Of a stretch of DNA of 64,000 nucleotides, positions 45,886-58,475 are shown piece by piece. The DNA comes from Malacoraja senta (Eukaryota), in contig CM075992.1 in assembly GCA_038087875.1 (NCBI GenBank), positions 2,730,001 through 2,794,000 of the forward strand, read 5' to 3'. Each line of letters begins with the position of its first letter. The first letter of the stretch is position 1. Position numbers and translations under genes: made by a program. A model generated the notes under the pieces. That model saw only the letters and a program-made list of their open reading frames with translations. It made no database searches and was not told where the DNA came from.

Positions 45886-48842
45886 GATACAGGATAAGAT
45901 TCAAGAGACATTTATTGTCACGTGCACCAATTGTTACAGTGAAATTTGGGGTCACCATACAGCCATATGAATAACAAAAGTACAAAACACGATAGTATTT
46001 TCACATAAACATCCCCTGCACAGCGGAATCAAAGTTTCCTACTGTGAGGGAAGGCCCAAAGTTCAGTCATCCTCCTCTTTGATGTACTTTGATAAAGAGC
46101 ATAGTTTAAGTAATAAATGCTGCTATTGTCGTAGAGGTTTAAAAGAGTGGAGCGATTGTAATGAGTGATTGCAGATCTACTTCTGGGACCAGCATACAGC
46201 GAGTCAATGGGTGCCATTTTTGGACTAAACAGATGATACTCTGAAGAAGGGTTTCAGCCCGAAACGTTGCCTATTTCCTTCGCTCCATAGATGCTGCTGC
46301 ACCCGCTGAGTTTCTCCAGCATTTTTGTGTACCCCAGATGATACTCTTGTTCTTGCATATGGCGTGCACAGCCTAAAGTTGAAAGACAACGTGTTCTGTT
46401 TGATGGTACACAAAAATGCTGGAGAAACTCAGCGGGTGCAGCAGCATCTATGGAGCGAAGGAAATAGGTAACGTTTCGGCCCGAAACGTTACCTATTTCC
46501 TTCGCTCCATAGATGCTGCTGCACCCGCTGAGTTTCTCCAGCATCTTTGTGTACCTTCGATTTTCCAGCATCTGCAGTTCCTTCTTTAACACGTGTTCTG
46601 TTTGATCTTCTGTTTGTGCAAGTCGGGTTGATTTCATTCGTCGAAACAGGGTGGACCACGTGAAGGTTGCAATCTCCCACCCCACAGATGATACTGAGAG
46701 AGTGAAGGTTGGGTGGGGGCAAAGTGGGAGAGGAATTGGGAAGAAATTCCTAGTGGCACAGAAGACAAAAAAAAAATGGGAGCGGCAAAGGTGGAATGAT
46801 GAAAATCTGGATGGGTGACGTTTCGGGTGGAGACCCTTCTGAAGAATGGCATTGACCCGAAACGCCACGGATCCATGTTCTCCAGCGATGCTGCCTGACC
46901 CGCTGAGTTACTCCAACACTTGGTGTCCTTTTGTGTACTGTCCAGCATCTGCAGTTCAATGTGTAGGAAGGAACTGCACGTGTTGGTTTACACCGAAGAC
47001 AGACAAAAAATGCTGGAGTCTGAAGAAGGATCTCAACCCGAAATTCCTTTTCTCCAGAGACGCTGCCTGACCCGCTGAGTTACACCAGCATTTTTTGTCT
47101 ATCCGCAGTTCTCTGTCTCTGCAAGAAAGAAAACCTATTGTGGAGGGAAATGGTCCGAATTACCCTTCACAAATGCTATTCGCAGGTATGAAGTCCAACA
47201 CACCTGTTTTTTTTTACCTTGAGCTGGCCCCGCAGTCACCTGCTAATCTAAACACTGCTGTTAAGTGAAAACAGATGTCTGCGAAGGACCTTTCATCGGG
47301 TATTGTGCGATTTACAGCTGCTGGATTAACTGGGATGTTCCTCTCCTCCCACCTCACCTCTTGTTACCAATGGCATTCTGAGCCAAACCCACCAGCTTGA
47401 TTTTATGTTTCACATTGGCCGTCGCCGAAAAAAAATCGCCTGGTAGGTAGGGCAGGAAACAACACAATCCAATCAACAAAGTACTTTCTCCAGAATTAAA
47501 TTTTAAAATTGTATTTGTTTTATCCTTTCTGGATGGAAGCCTAAACACTGATTAATATTTTTTGCTGTGCTGTGTGCCCCAGGGCTGCAATTAACATACA
47601 ATCTTCCTTATTATGGTTATTTTTATATATTTGATAAATAAGTAAGTGAGTAAGTAAGTTTTTAAGAAGGAACTGCAGATGCTGGAAAATCGAAGGTACA
47701 CAAAAATGCTGGAGAAAATTAGCGGGTGCAGCAGCATCTATGGAGCGAAGGAAATAGGCAACGTTTCGGGCCAAAACCCTTCTTCAGACAAGTTTATTGG
47801 CCAAGTATTCACATACAAGGAATTTGCCTTGGTGCTCCGCCCACAAGTAACAACATGACATACAGTGACAGTTACGAATGACTCAGAAAACACTAAACAT
47901 TAATAATAATAAAACATTAATGATAAAACACCATTGATCAAGCATGTGAACCAACAAAATACCAGATCAAAGGGAGGCTACGGATTTTTGGCTGTTGAGT
48001 AGAGCAACTACTCGTGAATAAAAAGCTGTTTTTTATGTCTGGCGTATGTCTGTCTGTGTAAATATACAGAACCCTGATGCTGTTATTTATTTTGCTGCCT
48101 CCTGATGTGACCGTGATGATGATAGGAGGGGACCTGTTTGCAAGATGCAGCTCGGCAAGTGTAATGGGGGAAAAAAGGCACAAAGTGCCTTGAGGTGAGC
48201 AATTAATAACTGGAATGAGCAGCTCAAGAAATAAAATCGTTGCTCCTTGGAATTTGGGAAAGCAGAAGGTGCTTGATAAATTCATAAGTGAAAGGAGGAG
48301 AATTTGACCATTCGGCCCATCAAGTCTACTCCGCCATTCAATCATGGCTGATCTATCTCTCCCTCCTAACCCATTCTCCTGCATTCTCCCCTTAAGGGCG
48401 TGTCCCACTTGGCCGTCATTTGCGCATCACGATGATGTAGCTTCACATCAACACTATCCTGCACCCACCAGGGGCAATTTTAACATTTACCAAGCCAATT
48501 CACCTACACACCTGTACGTCTTTGGAGTGTGGGAGGAAACCGAAGATCTCGGAGAAACCCCACGCAATCTCGGAGAAGATGTAACCAAGCAATATGTACA
48601 GAATGTGTAAACAAGCAACTTCGGGTCGAGACCTTTCTTCAGACGGGTTACGGATAAGGGAAACAAGAGATAATTTTCATTCATTGTTCGTTAGCTCTCT
48701 ACATCATCGTCTCTATCTCTCGAAAAAAGGGTCTCGACCTGAAACCCATTCCTTCAATCCAGAGATGCTGCCGGACCCGCTGAGTTGCTCCAGTCTTTTG
48801 TGTCTACTCTTTGACTCTTTAGATTACTATCTGAGCGTCAGA

Positions 48843-49600
48843 TTACTATCTAAATGGTGTCAAGTTGGGAAAAGGGGAAGTACAACGGGATCTGGGGGTC
48901 CTTGTACATCAGTCTATAAAAGTAAGCATGCAGGTACAGCAGGCAGTGAAGAAAGCAAATGGCATGTTGGCCTTTATAACAAGAGGAATCGAATATAGGA
49001 GCAAAGAGGTCCTTCTGCAGTTGTACAGAACCCTAGTGAGACCACACCTGGAGTATTGTGTGCAGTTTTGGTCCCCTAATTTGAGGAAGGACATTCTTAT
49101 TATTGAGGGAGTGCAGAGTAGGTTTACAAGGTTAATTCCCGGGATGGCGGGACTGTCATAGGCTGAGAGAATGGAACAGCTGGGCTTGTACGCTCTGGAG
49201 TTTAGAAGGATGAGAGGGTATCTCATTGAAACATATATGATTGTTAAGGGCTTGAACACACTAGAGGCAGGAAACATGTTCCAGATGTTGGGGGAGTCCA
49301 GAACAGGGGGCCACAGTTTAAGAATAAGGAGTAAGCTATTTAGAACAGAAACGAGTAAACACGTTTTCTCACAGAGAGGAGTGGTGAGTCTGTGGAATTC
49401 TCTGCCTCAGAGGGCGGTGGATGCAGGTTCTCTGGATACTTTCAAGAGAGAGCTAGATAGGGCTCTTAAAAATAGCGGAGTCAGGGGATATGGGGAGAAG
49501 GCAGGAACGGGGTACTGATTGAGGATGATCAGCCATGATCACATTGAATGGCGGTGCTGGCTCGAAGGGCCAAATGGCCTACTCCTGCAGCTATTGTCTA
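48843..49600 (+). mobile_element. CR1 LINE 3' part
   Basis: RDLGVLVH...RPHLEYCVQFWSP...WNSLPQRAV; ends about 300 bp before the SLC25 start codon. Confidence 0.92.
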
Positions 49601-49905
49601 TATTCACTCTGCGTTGATTGAGTGTTGTAAGGGGGTGGGAGGTGACATGAAACAGCAGATTGATCCTCCAGCGCTCTCGCTGCTGTGCCAGCGGCAGCTT
49701 CCTCGTCCTGTAGCTTGTGGGTTGCTCCGGGTGTTCGAGGGGGCAGCGAGAGGGCGGCTGCCCATGATGTCTCCCGGGGAGGGAGGGAGGGTGCCGGACA
49801 GACGCGGCGTTACCCCCGCTGTCCCTGCCGCCACACGGAGAGAGGGTGTGTGTGTGGGGAGGGGACTGTGGTGACCGGCGCTAGCGCAGGGAAGGTGCTG
49901 CGGAG

Positions 49906-50119
49906 ATGAGGAAGCGTGGATGGAGCTGGAGCTGGAGCTGGAGCTGGGCGGCGCTGGCCCAGGGCGTGGGAGCGGAGGAAGGAGACAGCGAGCGGGAGAA
50001 GCGATGGACCGACCTCTTCCACCGCTTCGACACCAACCAGGACGGGGCAGGTGGACATCACCGAGCTGGGCGAAGGCCTGCGAGCTATGGGCGTGTTGGT
50101 CGGCGGCGGCACCGAGCAG
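49906..50119 (+). CDS. SLC25A23: Ca2+-binding mitochondrial ATP-Mg/Pi carrier (SCaMC), exon 1 with EF-hand 1; apparent +1 G frameshift
   Basis: MRKRGWSWSWSWSW...REKRWTDLFHRFDTNQDG(+G)QVDITELGEGLRAMGVLVGGGTEQ|GT; paralogue assignment (A23 versus A24/A25) is tentative. Confidence 0.75.
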
Positions 50120-50325
50120 GTCTCTCTCTCTACACCCTCTCCTCACCCCCTCCCACATGTGTCCAGCTCAACCCACGTCCATTGATTGTCACTGCCCCCC
50201 AGTACCCGCCCCAGCTGGGAGACAGAGACCCCCCTCCCGGGGGTGGGGGACAGAGAGGACCCCCACGGTCCCACAGGACAGCTCTGTGTGTGTGTGTGTG
50301 TGTGTGGGGGGGGGGAGCTCACACG

Positions 50326-50378
50326 GGCTCTGGGCTCTGGGCTCTGGGCTCTGGGCTCTGGCCTCTGGCCTCTGGGCT
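50326..50378 (+). repeat. (GGCTCTG)n short tandem repeat
   Basis: About 7 copies of a 7-mer with slight variants. Confidence 0.9.
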
Positions 50379-50569
50379 GAGTCCAGTCAGTGATCGCTGC
50401 TCCCCCGTCTCTCATTTCACAAACGCTGCAACTCCCGATTAGCAGCCAGACCTCACTTTGTGGAACAGGAACCGCAAACCGATCCACACGCAGTCTGAGC
50501 AGGGACATTCCGATTACACACACGGGCATTACAGAGATGGATCCATTACACACCCACACACACGGTGTC

Positions 50570-51410
50570 TGTTGCACTCTCAGTCTGGTACACAGTCTCA
50601 GATACACACACTGTTACACACACACACACACACTGTCACACACCCAGTCTGTCACACACCGTTACACACGCAATATTACACACACAGTCTCTGTTACACA
50701 CACACTGTTACACAGTCTATTATACACACACTGTTACACACTCAGTCTGTTACACACACACTGTTACACACACACACTGTTACACACACACACTGTTACA
50801 CACACACTGTTACACACACACTGTTACACACACACTGTTACACACACACTGTTACACACACACACTGTTACACACACACTGTTACACACACACCGTTGCA
50901 TTCAGTCTGTTACACACACACTGTTACACACTCAGTCTGTTACACACCCAGTCTGTTACTCACACACTGTTACACACTCAGTCTGTTACACACCCAGTCT
51001 GTTACTCACACACTGTTACACACACTGTTACACACTCAGTCTGTTACACACACACTGTTACACACACACTGTTACACACTCAGTCTGTTACACACTCAGT
51101 CTGTTACACACACACTGTTACACACACACTGTTACACACACACTGTTACACACTCAGTCTGTTACACACACACTGTTACACACACACTGTTACACACTCA
51201 GTCTGTTACACACACACTGTTACACACCCAGTCTGTTACACACTCAGTCTGTTACACACACACTGTTACACACTCACTGTTACACACTCAGTCTGTTACA
51301 CACACACTGTTACGCACTCACTGTTACATTCAGTCTGTCACACACACAATATTACACACACACACTGTTACACACTCTGTTAAACATTCAGTTTGTTATA
51401 CTCAGGGTCA
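50570..51410 (+). repeat. CA-rich minisatellite (CTGTTACACACACA / CTGTTACACACTCAGT units)
   Basis: Dozens of 12-16 nt units; source of the H/T-rich ORFs in three frames. Confidence 0.95.
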
Positions 51411-53142
51411 ATGCTGGGACATGATCCCTGTCACACTGGGTCAATGTCACACATACCATCCTATACGACGTTACTGTTACACACAGTCACTTGCTGGGAC
51501 ATCCAGTTAGTTCCTTTTGCACTCATTGTCAGTGAAAGGATAGTAAGAACTAATTGATTCAAAGGCTTAAGTCAGAGTCCAGCGTAGGAAAGGTTGAGCA
51601 GCCACCAATCTGACCCTCTCCAAATAGTTGGGTGTCCTGTACCGGTGCAGAACCTCCCTCCACCTGTTTGCAAGAGCAGAGCCAAAATTCCCTGTTCCTG
51701 CCTGACTCACAACCCGATCATTCAAATCGCTACTCATTGGCCTCGAGTTTATTTATTTAGCCGTTCCACTACTAAATTGGCGAGGTTCCACCATCGGTGA
51801 CGTGGCCCGAGTCCACCCCTGGCTAATCTCTGCGGTCCCAAAACAGGAGACACTCCTCTCGTTACTGCCCCACCTTCAATCATAGAACATAGAACTGCAG
51901 TGCTGGAACAGGCCCTTCGGCCCGCAATATCCGTGCTGGAACATGGTGCCAAGTTAAGCTAATCTCCTCTACCTGCACATGACCCATCTCCCTCCATTCC
52001 CTGCATATCTATGTGGCTTTTAAACGGCACCGGAAGATAGACACAAAAAGCTGGAGTAACTCGGCGGATCAGATAGCATCTCTAGAGAAAAGAATAGGTG
52101 AAGTTTTGGGTCGGGACCCTGCTTCAGGCTGAATGCCACTATGATATCTGCCTCCACCACCAACCCAGGCACCCATCTCTCTCTGTGTTAAAAAACGTGC
52201 CCCAAGTCTATCTCCTTTAAACTTTGCCCTCTCACCTTAGAAACATAGACAATAGGTGCAGGAACAGGCCATTCGGCCCTTTGAGCCAACACCGCCATTC
52301 AATGTGATCATGGCTGATCATCCCCATTCCTGCTTTCTCCCCATATCCCTTGATTCTGTTAGCCCTAAGAGCTTCTTCTTCTTGCGTATGGTGTGCAGAA
52401 CAACTTGTTCTATTTGATCTTATTTGATTGTGCACGCTGGGTTGATTGCATTAGTTGAAACAGGGCGGACCACATGAAGGTTGCAATCTCCCCTCCCGCC
52501 CTAAGTCTAAATCTAACTCTCTCTTGAATACATCCAGTGAATTGTCACGTGTACCGCGGTTCGGTGGAAAGCTTTTGTTGTGTGCTAACCAGTCAGCGGG
52601 AAGACTGTACATGATTACAATCGAGCCGTCCAAAGTGTATAGATATATGATAATTTGAATAACCTTTAGCATAGTTAAAGTAAGAAATGCTGCAGTCAGA
52701 GTAGAGGTTTAAAAGACTGAAGCGATTGTAAAAAGTGATTGCAGATCCACTTCTGTGACTGAGGGAGTGCCGCACTGTCAGAGGGGGCAGTACTATGTAA
52801 TTATACAGAGTTTTGTAGAGTGGGAAGTCTTGATCTGTCCGCGAGTGAGAGAGAGCTCTCCCTATCCCTGGCAGCTCCAGGCTTGTTGGACTGGGTGTAA
52901 AGGTCATGGAACCGGAGCGCAGGAGCAGGGGGAATGCGAAGGGGCTGGAGTGCATGCTGCTGACTTCCCAGCGACGGGCTCTGACAGAGGGGAAATCACT
53001 TTACATCCACATTTAGCCATGACCAGCTCCAGACTGAATGCAAACCATCGCAGCACTGCCTGCTTGGAGAGCTCACTGATGTTTTGAAATGTCACCACAG
53101 GCCAGATCGAGAGGGACTGCACACTGCAAACGGGCAGGCAGT

Positions 53143-53545
53143 CTAGACAATAGGTGCAGGAGTAGGCCATTTGGCCCTTCAAACCAGCACCGCCATTCAA
53201 TGTGATCATGGCTGATCATCCCCAATCAGTACCCCGTTCCTGCCTTCTCCCCATATCCCCTGACTCCGCTATTTTTAAGAGCCCTATCTAGCTCTCTCTT
53301 GAAAGCATCCAGAGAACCTGCCTCCACCGCCCTCTGAGGCAGAGAATTCCACAGACTCACCACTCTCTGTGAGAAAAAGTGTTTCCTCGTCTCCGTTCTA
53401 AATAGCTTACTCCATATTCTTAAACTGTGGCCCCTGGTTCTGGACTCCCCCAACATCGGAACATGTTTCCTGCCTCTAGCGTGTCCAAGCCCTTAACAAT
53501 CTTATATGTTTCAATGAGATTCCCTCTCATCCTTCTAAATTCAGA
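53143..53545 (-). mobile_element. CR1 LINE 3' end
   Basis: Same subfamily as 48843-49600 and the 3' part of 43060-45105. Confidence 0.9.
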
Positions 53546-53609
53546 ACCGTCTACCTCTGCTCACACGAATAATGGCCATGACCTGTTGGGCCTTGTGTCC
53601 AGTTCATGT

Positions 53610-53978
53610 TCATAAGTTCTAGCAGCAGAATTGGGCCATTCGGCCCATCAGGTGTACTCCTCCATTCAATCATAGATGATAGATATTTCCCTCCTAATTC
53701 CATTCTCCTGCCTTCTCCCCATAACCCCTTGCGTATCAAGAATCTGCCAAAAATCTCTACCTTAAAAATACCCACTGACGGCCTCCACAGCGTTCTGTGG
53801 CAGTGAATTCCACGGGTTCAACACTAACTGACTACAGAAATTCCTTCTCACCTTTTTAAAGGAACGTCCTTTTATTCTGAGACTGTGGCCTCTGGTCCAA
53901 GACTCTCCCACTAGTGGAAACATCCTCTCCACATCCACTCTATCCAAGCCTTTCATTATTTGGTAAGTTTCAATGAGA
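53610..53978 (-). mobile_element. CR1 LINE 3' end (different subfamily)
   Basis: LIETYQIMKGLDRVDVERMFPLVGESWTRGHSLRIKG. Confidence 0.85.
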
Positions 53979-54674
53979 CTCCAGAAGTAATGGGTGATGT
54001 TTCGGGGTCGACACCCTTCTTCAGACATGGGTCACCCATTCCTTCTCTCCAGAGATGCTGCTTGACCAGCTGAGTTACTCCAGCATTTTGTGTCCATTTT
54101 CAGTGTAAACCAGCATTTGCAGTTCCTTCCTACACATATCATGACTTAGGGTCTCGACCCGAAATATCACCTGTTCCTTTTCTCCAGAGATGCTGCCTGA
54201 CCCGCTGTTACTCCAGCATTTTGTGTTTACCTTGAGCCATGATATGATCCTTTATAAGAGAGACATGAGGTGCAATAAACTGCAGATGCTGACATCTTGA
54301 GCAAAATACAAAGAGAGGTGCGCCCTCAAATGGCAATCCCGGGAATTGCAGCCAGTCTGGCCTGCATTGTGAGCCATCCAATTTAAAACATAGAGCAAGC
54401 AGTACAGTACATCTCAGGAACAGGCCCTTCGGCCCACAATGTCTGTGCCCAACATGATGCCAAGAAAAGCAAATCTTTTAGGACTTTATTCCTTGGGGTG
54501 CAGGAGGCTGAGAGGTGATCGGTTTATGGAATGAGCTGCCAGAGGAGGCAGTTGAGGCATAATAATACCATTAAAACACCATTAAAAATACATTTTGGAC
54601 AGGTACTTGGATGGGAAAGGTTGAGATGGATATGGGCCAAACACAGGCAGGTGGGACTAGCGTAGATGTAGCAA

Positions 54675-55228
54675 TGTTACAAAATTTTGAGATTTTAAAA
54701 ATCAAGTCTGTAATTTATCCCATCAGATAAAGCATAGAAAGACGTTTAATTTGACACCTAATTCACTTTCATATCTTCAGTATTAAAAAAGTTATGGCCA
54801 TTTTCATACTCGGAAATTAGCATCTTGTTCCCTATACTGCCGTTAGTTCGGGGAAAAGAATCACCGTTTCGCATTTAAAAATGTGAATTAAAGGCCTCTT
54901 AAGAAGCACTTTTATACATAAAATAAACTGCTTTTGTTTACCTGTCCCGTGCGTGAAATCCGTCCCCGTTGTCGGCGTTGACGGCTTTCGAAGCTGATTT
55001 TAAAATAACTCCAGCACTGAACTTGTCGATCGAATAAAAATAAAAAATACACAAAACGCCCGTCGGAACGATTCTTCAGCAAAAGGTTGCACTCCAACGA
55101 AATATAATTCAGGACAAGGTGGGAGAAACCCACGTTTTAACCCCGCCCCCCCCCCCCTCGAAGGCGCCAAAATCGCGCACACGGCCAGTGGCAGAATTGC
55201 AGCGCCGCTGAAGGTAAGTATTGTAACA
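54675..55228. mobile_element. Probable non-autonomous DNA transposon inserted in a CR1 3'UTR
   Basis: Interrupts GGGACTAG..TAGATGG of a CR1 tail; short inverted termini TGTTACAA...TTGTAACA. Confidence 0.45.
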
Positions 55229-56049
55229 CCTAGTAGATGGGGTATGTTGGTCGGCATGGGGAAATTGGGCCGAAGGGCCTGTTTCCCTGCTGTATAAGTT
55301 CAGGTCGGGGGGAGTTCCCCCCGCCACGGGTACCATGTAATCCCGTGCTACCTGCTCCATGGTCGGATAGTCGGCGACTAAACCGTCTCCCCCACCTGGT
55401 TTGCCAGGTAAGGAGGGGGCTGTGGACCCCCAGCAGGACCAAAAACAAGACCTGTCAAAGGGCGAATGAGCTCCTAGCGAGCCAACAGCCATCCACCCTT
55501 CAGTAAAAGTTGCGATCACTGTTGTACATAGCGTTGTGAAGAATGAGGATAAAGCACACACACACACACACACATCAAAATCCTATACTTCCAGTGGCGG
55601 AAGTCCGTAGGAACTGGAGGACAGAGATGTGTGGTGCGTCCGTCACCGTTCCCGTCGGAAACCAGCACCACTGCATCGCTAATGTTTTCAACGATGATGA
55701 TGATGATGATGATGATGAAGATAACTCTATGACTCCAATCTGCCTACGTATGATCCAGGCCTCTCCATTCCCAGCCCTTGTTCAGCAGGTCTTCACACAC
55801 AGGGACAGGCTTTAATGAGCAGTAGTCGGGCCGTGGGATTAAAATTAAGCTGGTGATTCTGAGATGAAAGCTCAAAATACTGCAATCACCCAGTAAGAGG
55901 AGGGAGAAACAAATGTGCAGCCTCTTGTGTAAAACACCAAGTGCTGGAGAAACACAGCAGGTCAGGCAACATCTGGGAAGGGAGTGGACACACAACGTTT
56001 CAGGTCAGGATCCTTCTTCAGACTGGAACTTCTTGTCATATCATTATGG

Positions 56050-56362
56050 GTGGCAGCGGGTAGAGCTGCTGCCTCACAGCGCCACAGTCCCGGGTTCGAT
56101 CCGTGTGTGTGTGTGTTTTTTTGTTTTTGTTTTTGTATATTCTCTCTGAGACTGCATGGGTTTCCTCCGGGTGCTCCGGTTTCCTCCCACATCCCAAAGA
56201 CGTGCAGGTTTGTAGGTTAATTGACCCTCTGTAAATTGCCTCTTAATGTGTAGGGAGTGGATGAGAAAGTGGGATAACATAGAACTAGTGTGAACAAGTA
56301 ATCGATGGTTGGCGAGGACTCGGTGGGCCGAAGGGCCTGTTTCTGCACTGTAAACTAAACTA
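56050..56362 (+). mobile_element. HE1-type V-SINE
   Basis: Head with GGGTTCGATCC, V-domain-like block and tail. Confidence 0.8.
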
Positions 56363-57404
56363 AATGTATTTTGCCTATGTTTGTACAATTGTTTTTTATG
56401 TTCTTCGTGTTGTGCCCCTCATCATAGCAGAAAATAGATTTCATAAATCAAAATCCCGTCCTGCAAAGTTCAAAGGGATCGCAGCAAAAATGTATAAATC
56501 AAACATTCAGAAATTACCACTACATTAACTGAATCACCAAGATAATGGCTGCTGGCTCGGTGGTGTAGGGATAAGTTATTGCACTGGGAGCCAGAGGCCA
56601 TGATTATTGATCGAGGGTAATGAGTTCAATTCCCACCACACAGCTGGGGAACATAAACTCATGCAATTGAATGATGCAATTGAATGAATTTAGTGATGAC
56701 AGAACTGCTTGCTTGTATCCTGGGAAGGATATCACCCATCCCTTCCCCAGTGTGGCACAGCTTGCCTTTGCTCCTGAGACTCCGTTTCCATCCTGATCTC
56801 GGGGGCTGTCTGTGTGGAGTTTGCACGTTCTCCCATTGACAAAAGCTTTTCAATGTACCTCGATGCACGTGACAATAAACTAAACTAACCATGTGGATTT
56901 CCCTGGGTGCTCCGGTTTCCTCCCACATCCCAAAGACCTGGGGGTTGGTGGTGAATTCACCACTGTAAATGGCCCCAGTTTAGTTTGGAGAGACTGCATG
57001 GAAACAGGCCCTTTGGCCCACCGAGGCCATGATGACCAATGATCACTTCACACTTTCACATTCACTCTCTCCACACTAGTGGTATTTACAGAGGCCAATT
57101 AACCTACAAACCTGCACCTCTTTTGCATATTGGAGGAAACTGGAGCATCCGGAAGAAACCAATGTGGTAACAGGGAGAGGGTACAAACTCCACACAGACA
57201 GCACCCGTCAGGATCGAACCCACTGTGAGGCAGAGTGTATGTAGGTGGTTGATAGATGAAGGGCCTGTGTTTGTGTCTCTATTGATAATATGCAACAACA
57301 GACCCTATGACGTGAATGACTATGGAAACACAAGGAACTGCAGATGCCAGATTACAAAACCCCCCACAAAGTGCTGGAGTAACTCGGCGGATCAGGCAGC
57401 ATCT

Positions 57405-57770
57405 TTCAGTTTAGTTTATTGTCATGTGTACCGAGGTACAGGGAAAAGCTTCTTGTTGTGTGCTAACCAGTCAGCGCAAAGACTATACATGATTAAAATC
57501 AAGCCGTCCACAGTGTACAGATACATGATAAGGGAATAACGTTTAGTGCAAGATTGAGTTCAGTAAAGTCCAATAAAAGATAGTCCGAGGGTCTCCAGTG
57601 AGGTAGATGGTAGGTCTTGGACTGCTCTCTAGTTAGTGGTAGGATGGTTCAGTTGCCTGATAACAGCTGGGAAGATATTGACCCTGAATCTGGAGGTGTG
57701 CGTTTTCACACTTCTGTACCTCTTGCCTGATGGGAGAGCGGAGAAGAGGGAGTGAGACTGGTCCTTGATT
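57405..57770 (-). mobile_element. Rex/Babar-type LINE 3' end
   Basis: Same family as 58476-58890. Confidence 0.75.
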
Positions 57771-57924
57771 ATAAAGATGGTCCGAGGGTCTCCACATCAG
57801 TTGGGATGATTCAGCTCTGGAGGGAATGGATAGGTGAAATTTTGCGTTGGAACACCTCGCAATGATTTGTAAGTCCAGGGACTATAAAGGACGTGCACGG
57901 ACTGCAAACAAACTGTACAAGTTG

Positions 57925-58210
57925 GGGTGGTACGGTGGCGCAGCGGTAGAGTTGCTGCCCTACAGCGCTTGCAGCGCCATCGACCCGGGTTCCATCCTGA
58001 CTATGTTTGCATGTTCTCCCCGTGACCGAGTGGGTTTTCTCCGGGATCTTCGGTTTCCTCCACACTCCAAAGACGTACAGGTTTGTAGGTTAATTGACTT
58101 GGTATTAGTGAAGCTTGTCCCTTGTGTGTGTAGGATAGCGTTAATGTGCAGGGATCGCTGGTGGGCGCGGACTCGGTGGGCGCGGACTCGCACTGTATCT
58201 CTAAACTAAA
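57925..58210 (+). mobile_element. HE1-type V-SINE
   Basis: tRNA-like head, V-domain-like block and tail. Confidence 0.8.
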
Positions 58211-58315
58211 GTGCAGCTGGCCGGCGGCGTGAGATGTGTTTGATCCCTCCCGCCTCTGAGATCACAAAATCAATGGTGTTTCCTTTTTCACCTTCTCTCT
58301 GCTTTTTGCTTCCAG

Positions 58316-58442
58316 GAGATTCTGCGGACGGGCGACACCAATCACGATGGACAACTGGACCTGACCGAGTTCACCGAGTACCTGAGGCAACATGAGAAGA
58401 AACTCAAGCTGATGTTTAACAGCCTCGACCGCAACAATGACG
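58316..58442 (+). CDS. SLC25A23: SCaMC carrier exon 2 (EF-hands 2-3)
   Basis: ttccag|GAG...[52 protein letters not shown](G), 127 nt. Confidence 0.9.
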
Positions 58443-58475
58443 GTAGTGGTGACGTAAACCTCTCTCACTAACACA

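Noticed and set aside
30619..49800. CRB3 orthologue expected head-to-head with SLC25A23
   Set aside because: No transmembrane-GTY(x)PS or C-terminal ERLI coding motif found by eye
50390..51510. His/Thr-rich ORFs of 272-350 aa
   Set aside because: Translations of the CA-rich minisatellite, open in three frames
55305..55475. HDV-like ribozyme fold
   Set aside because: P2/P3-like pairings can be drawn, but no credible P1 or P1.1
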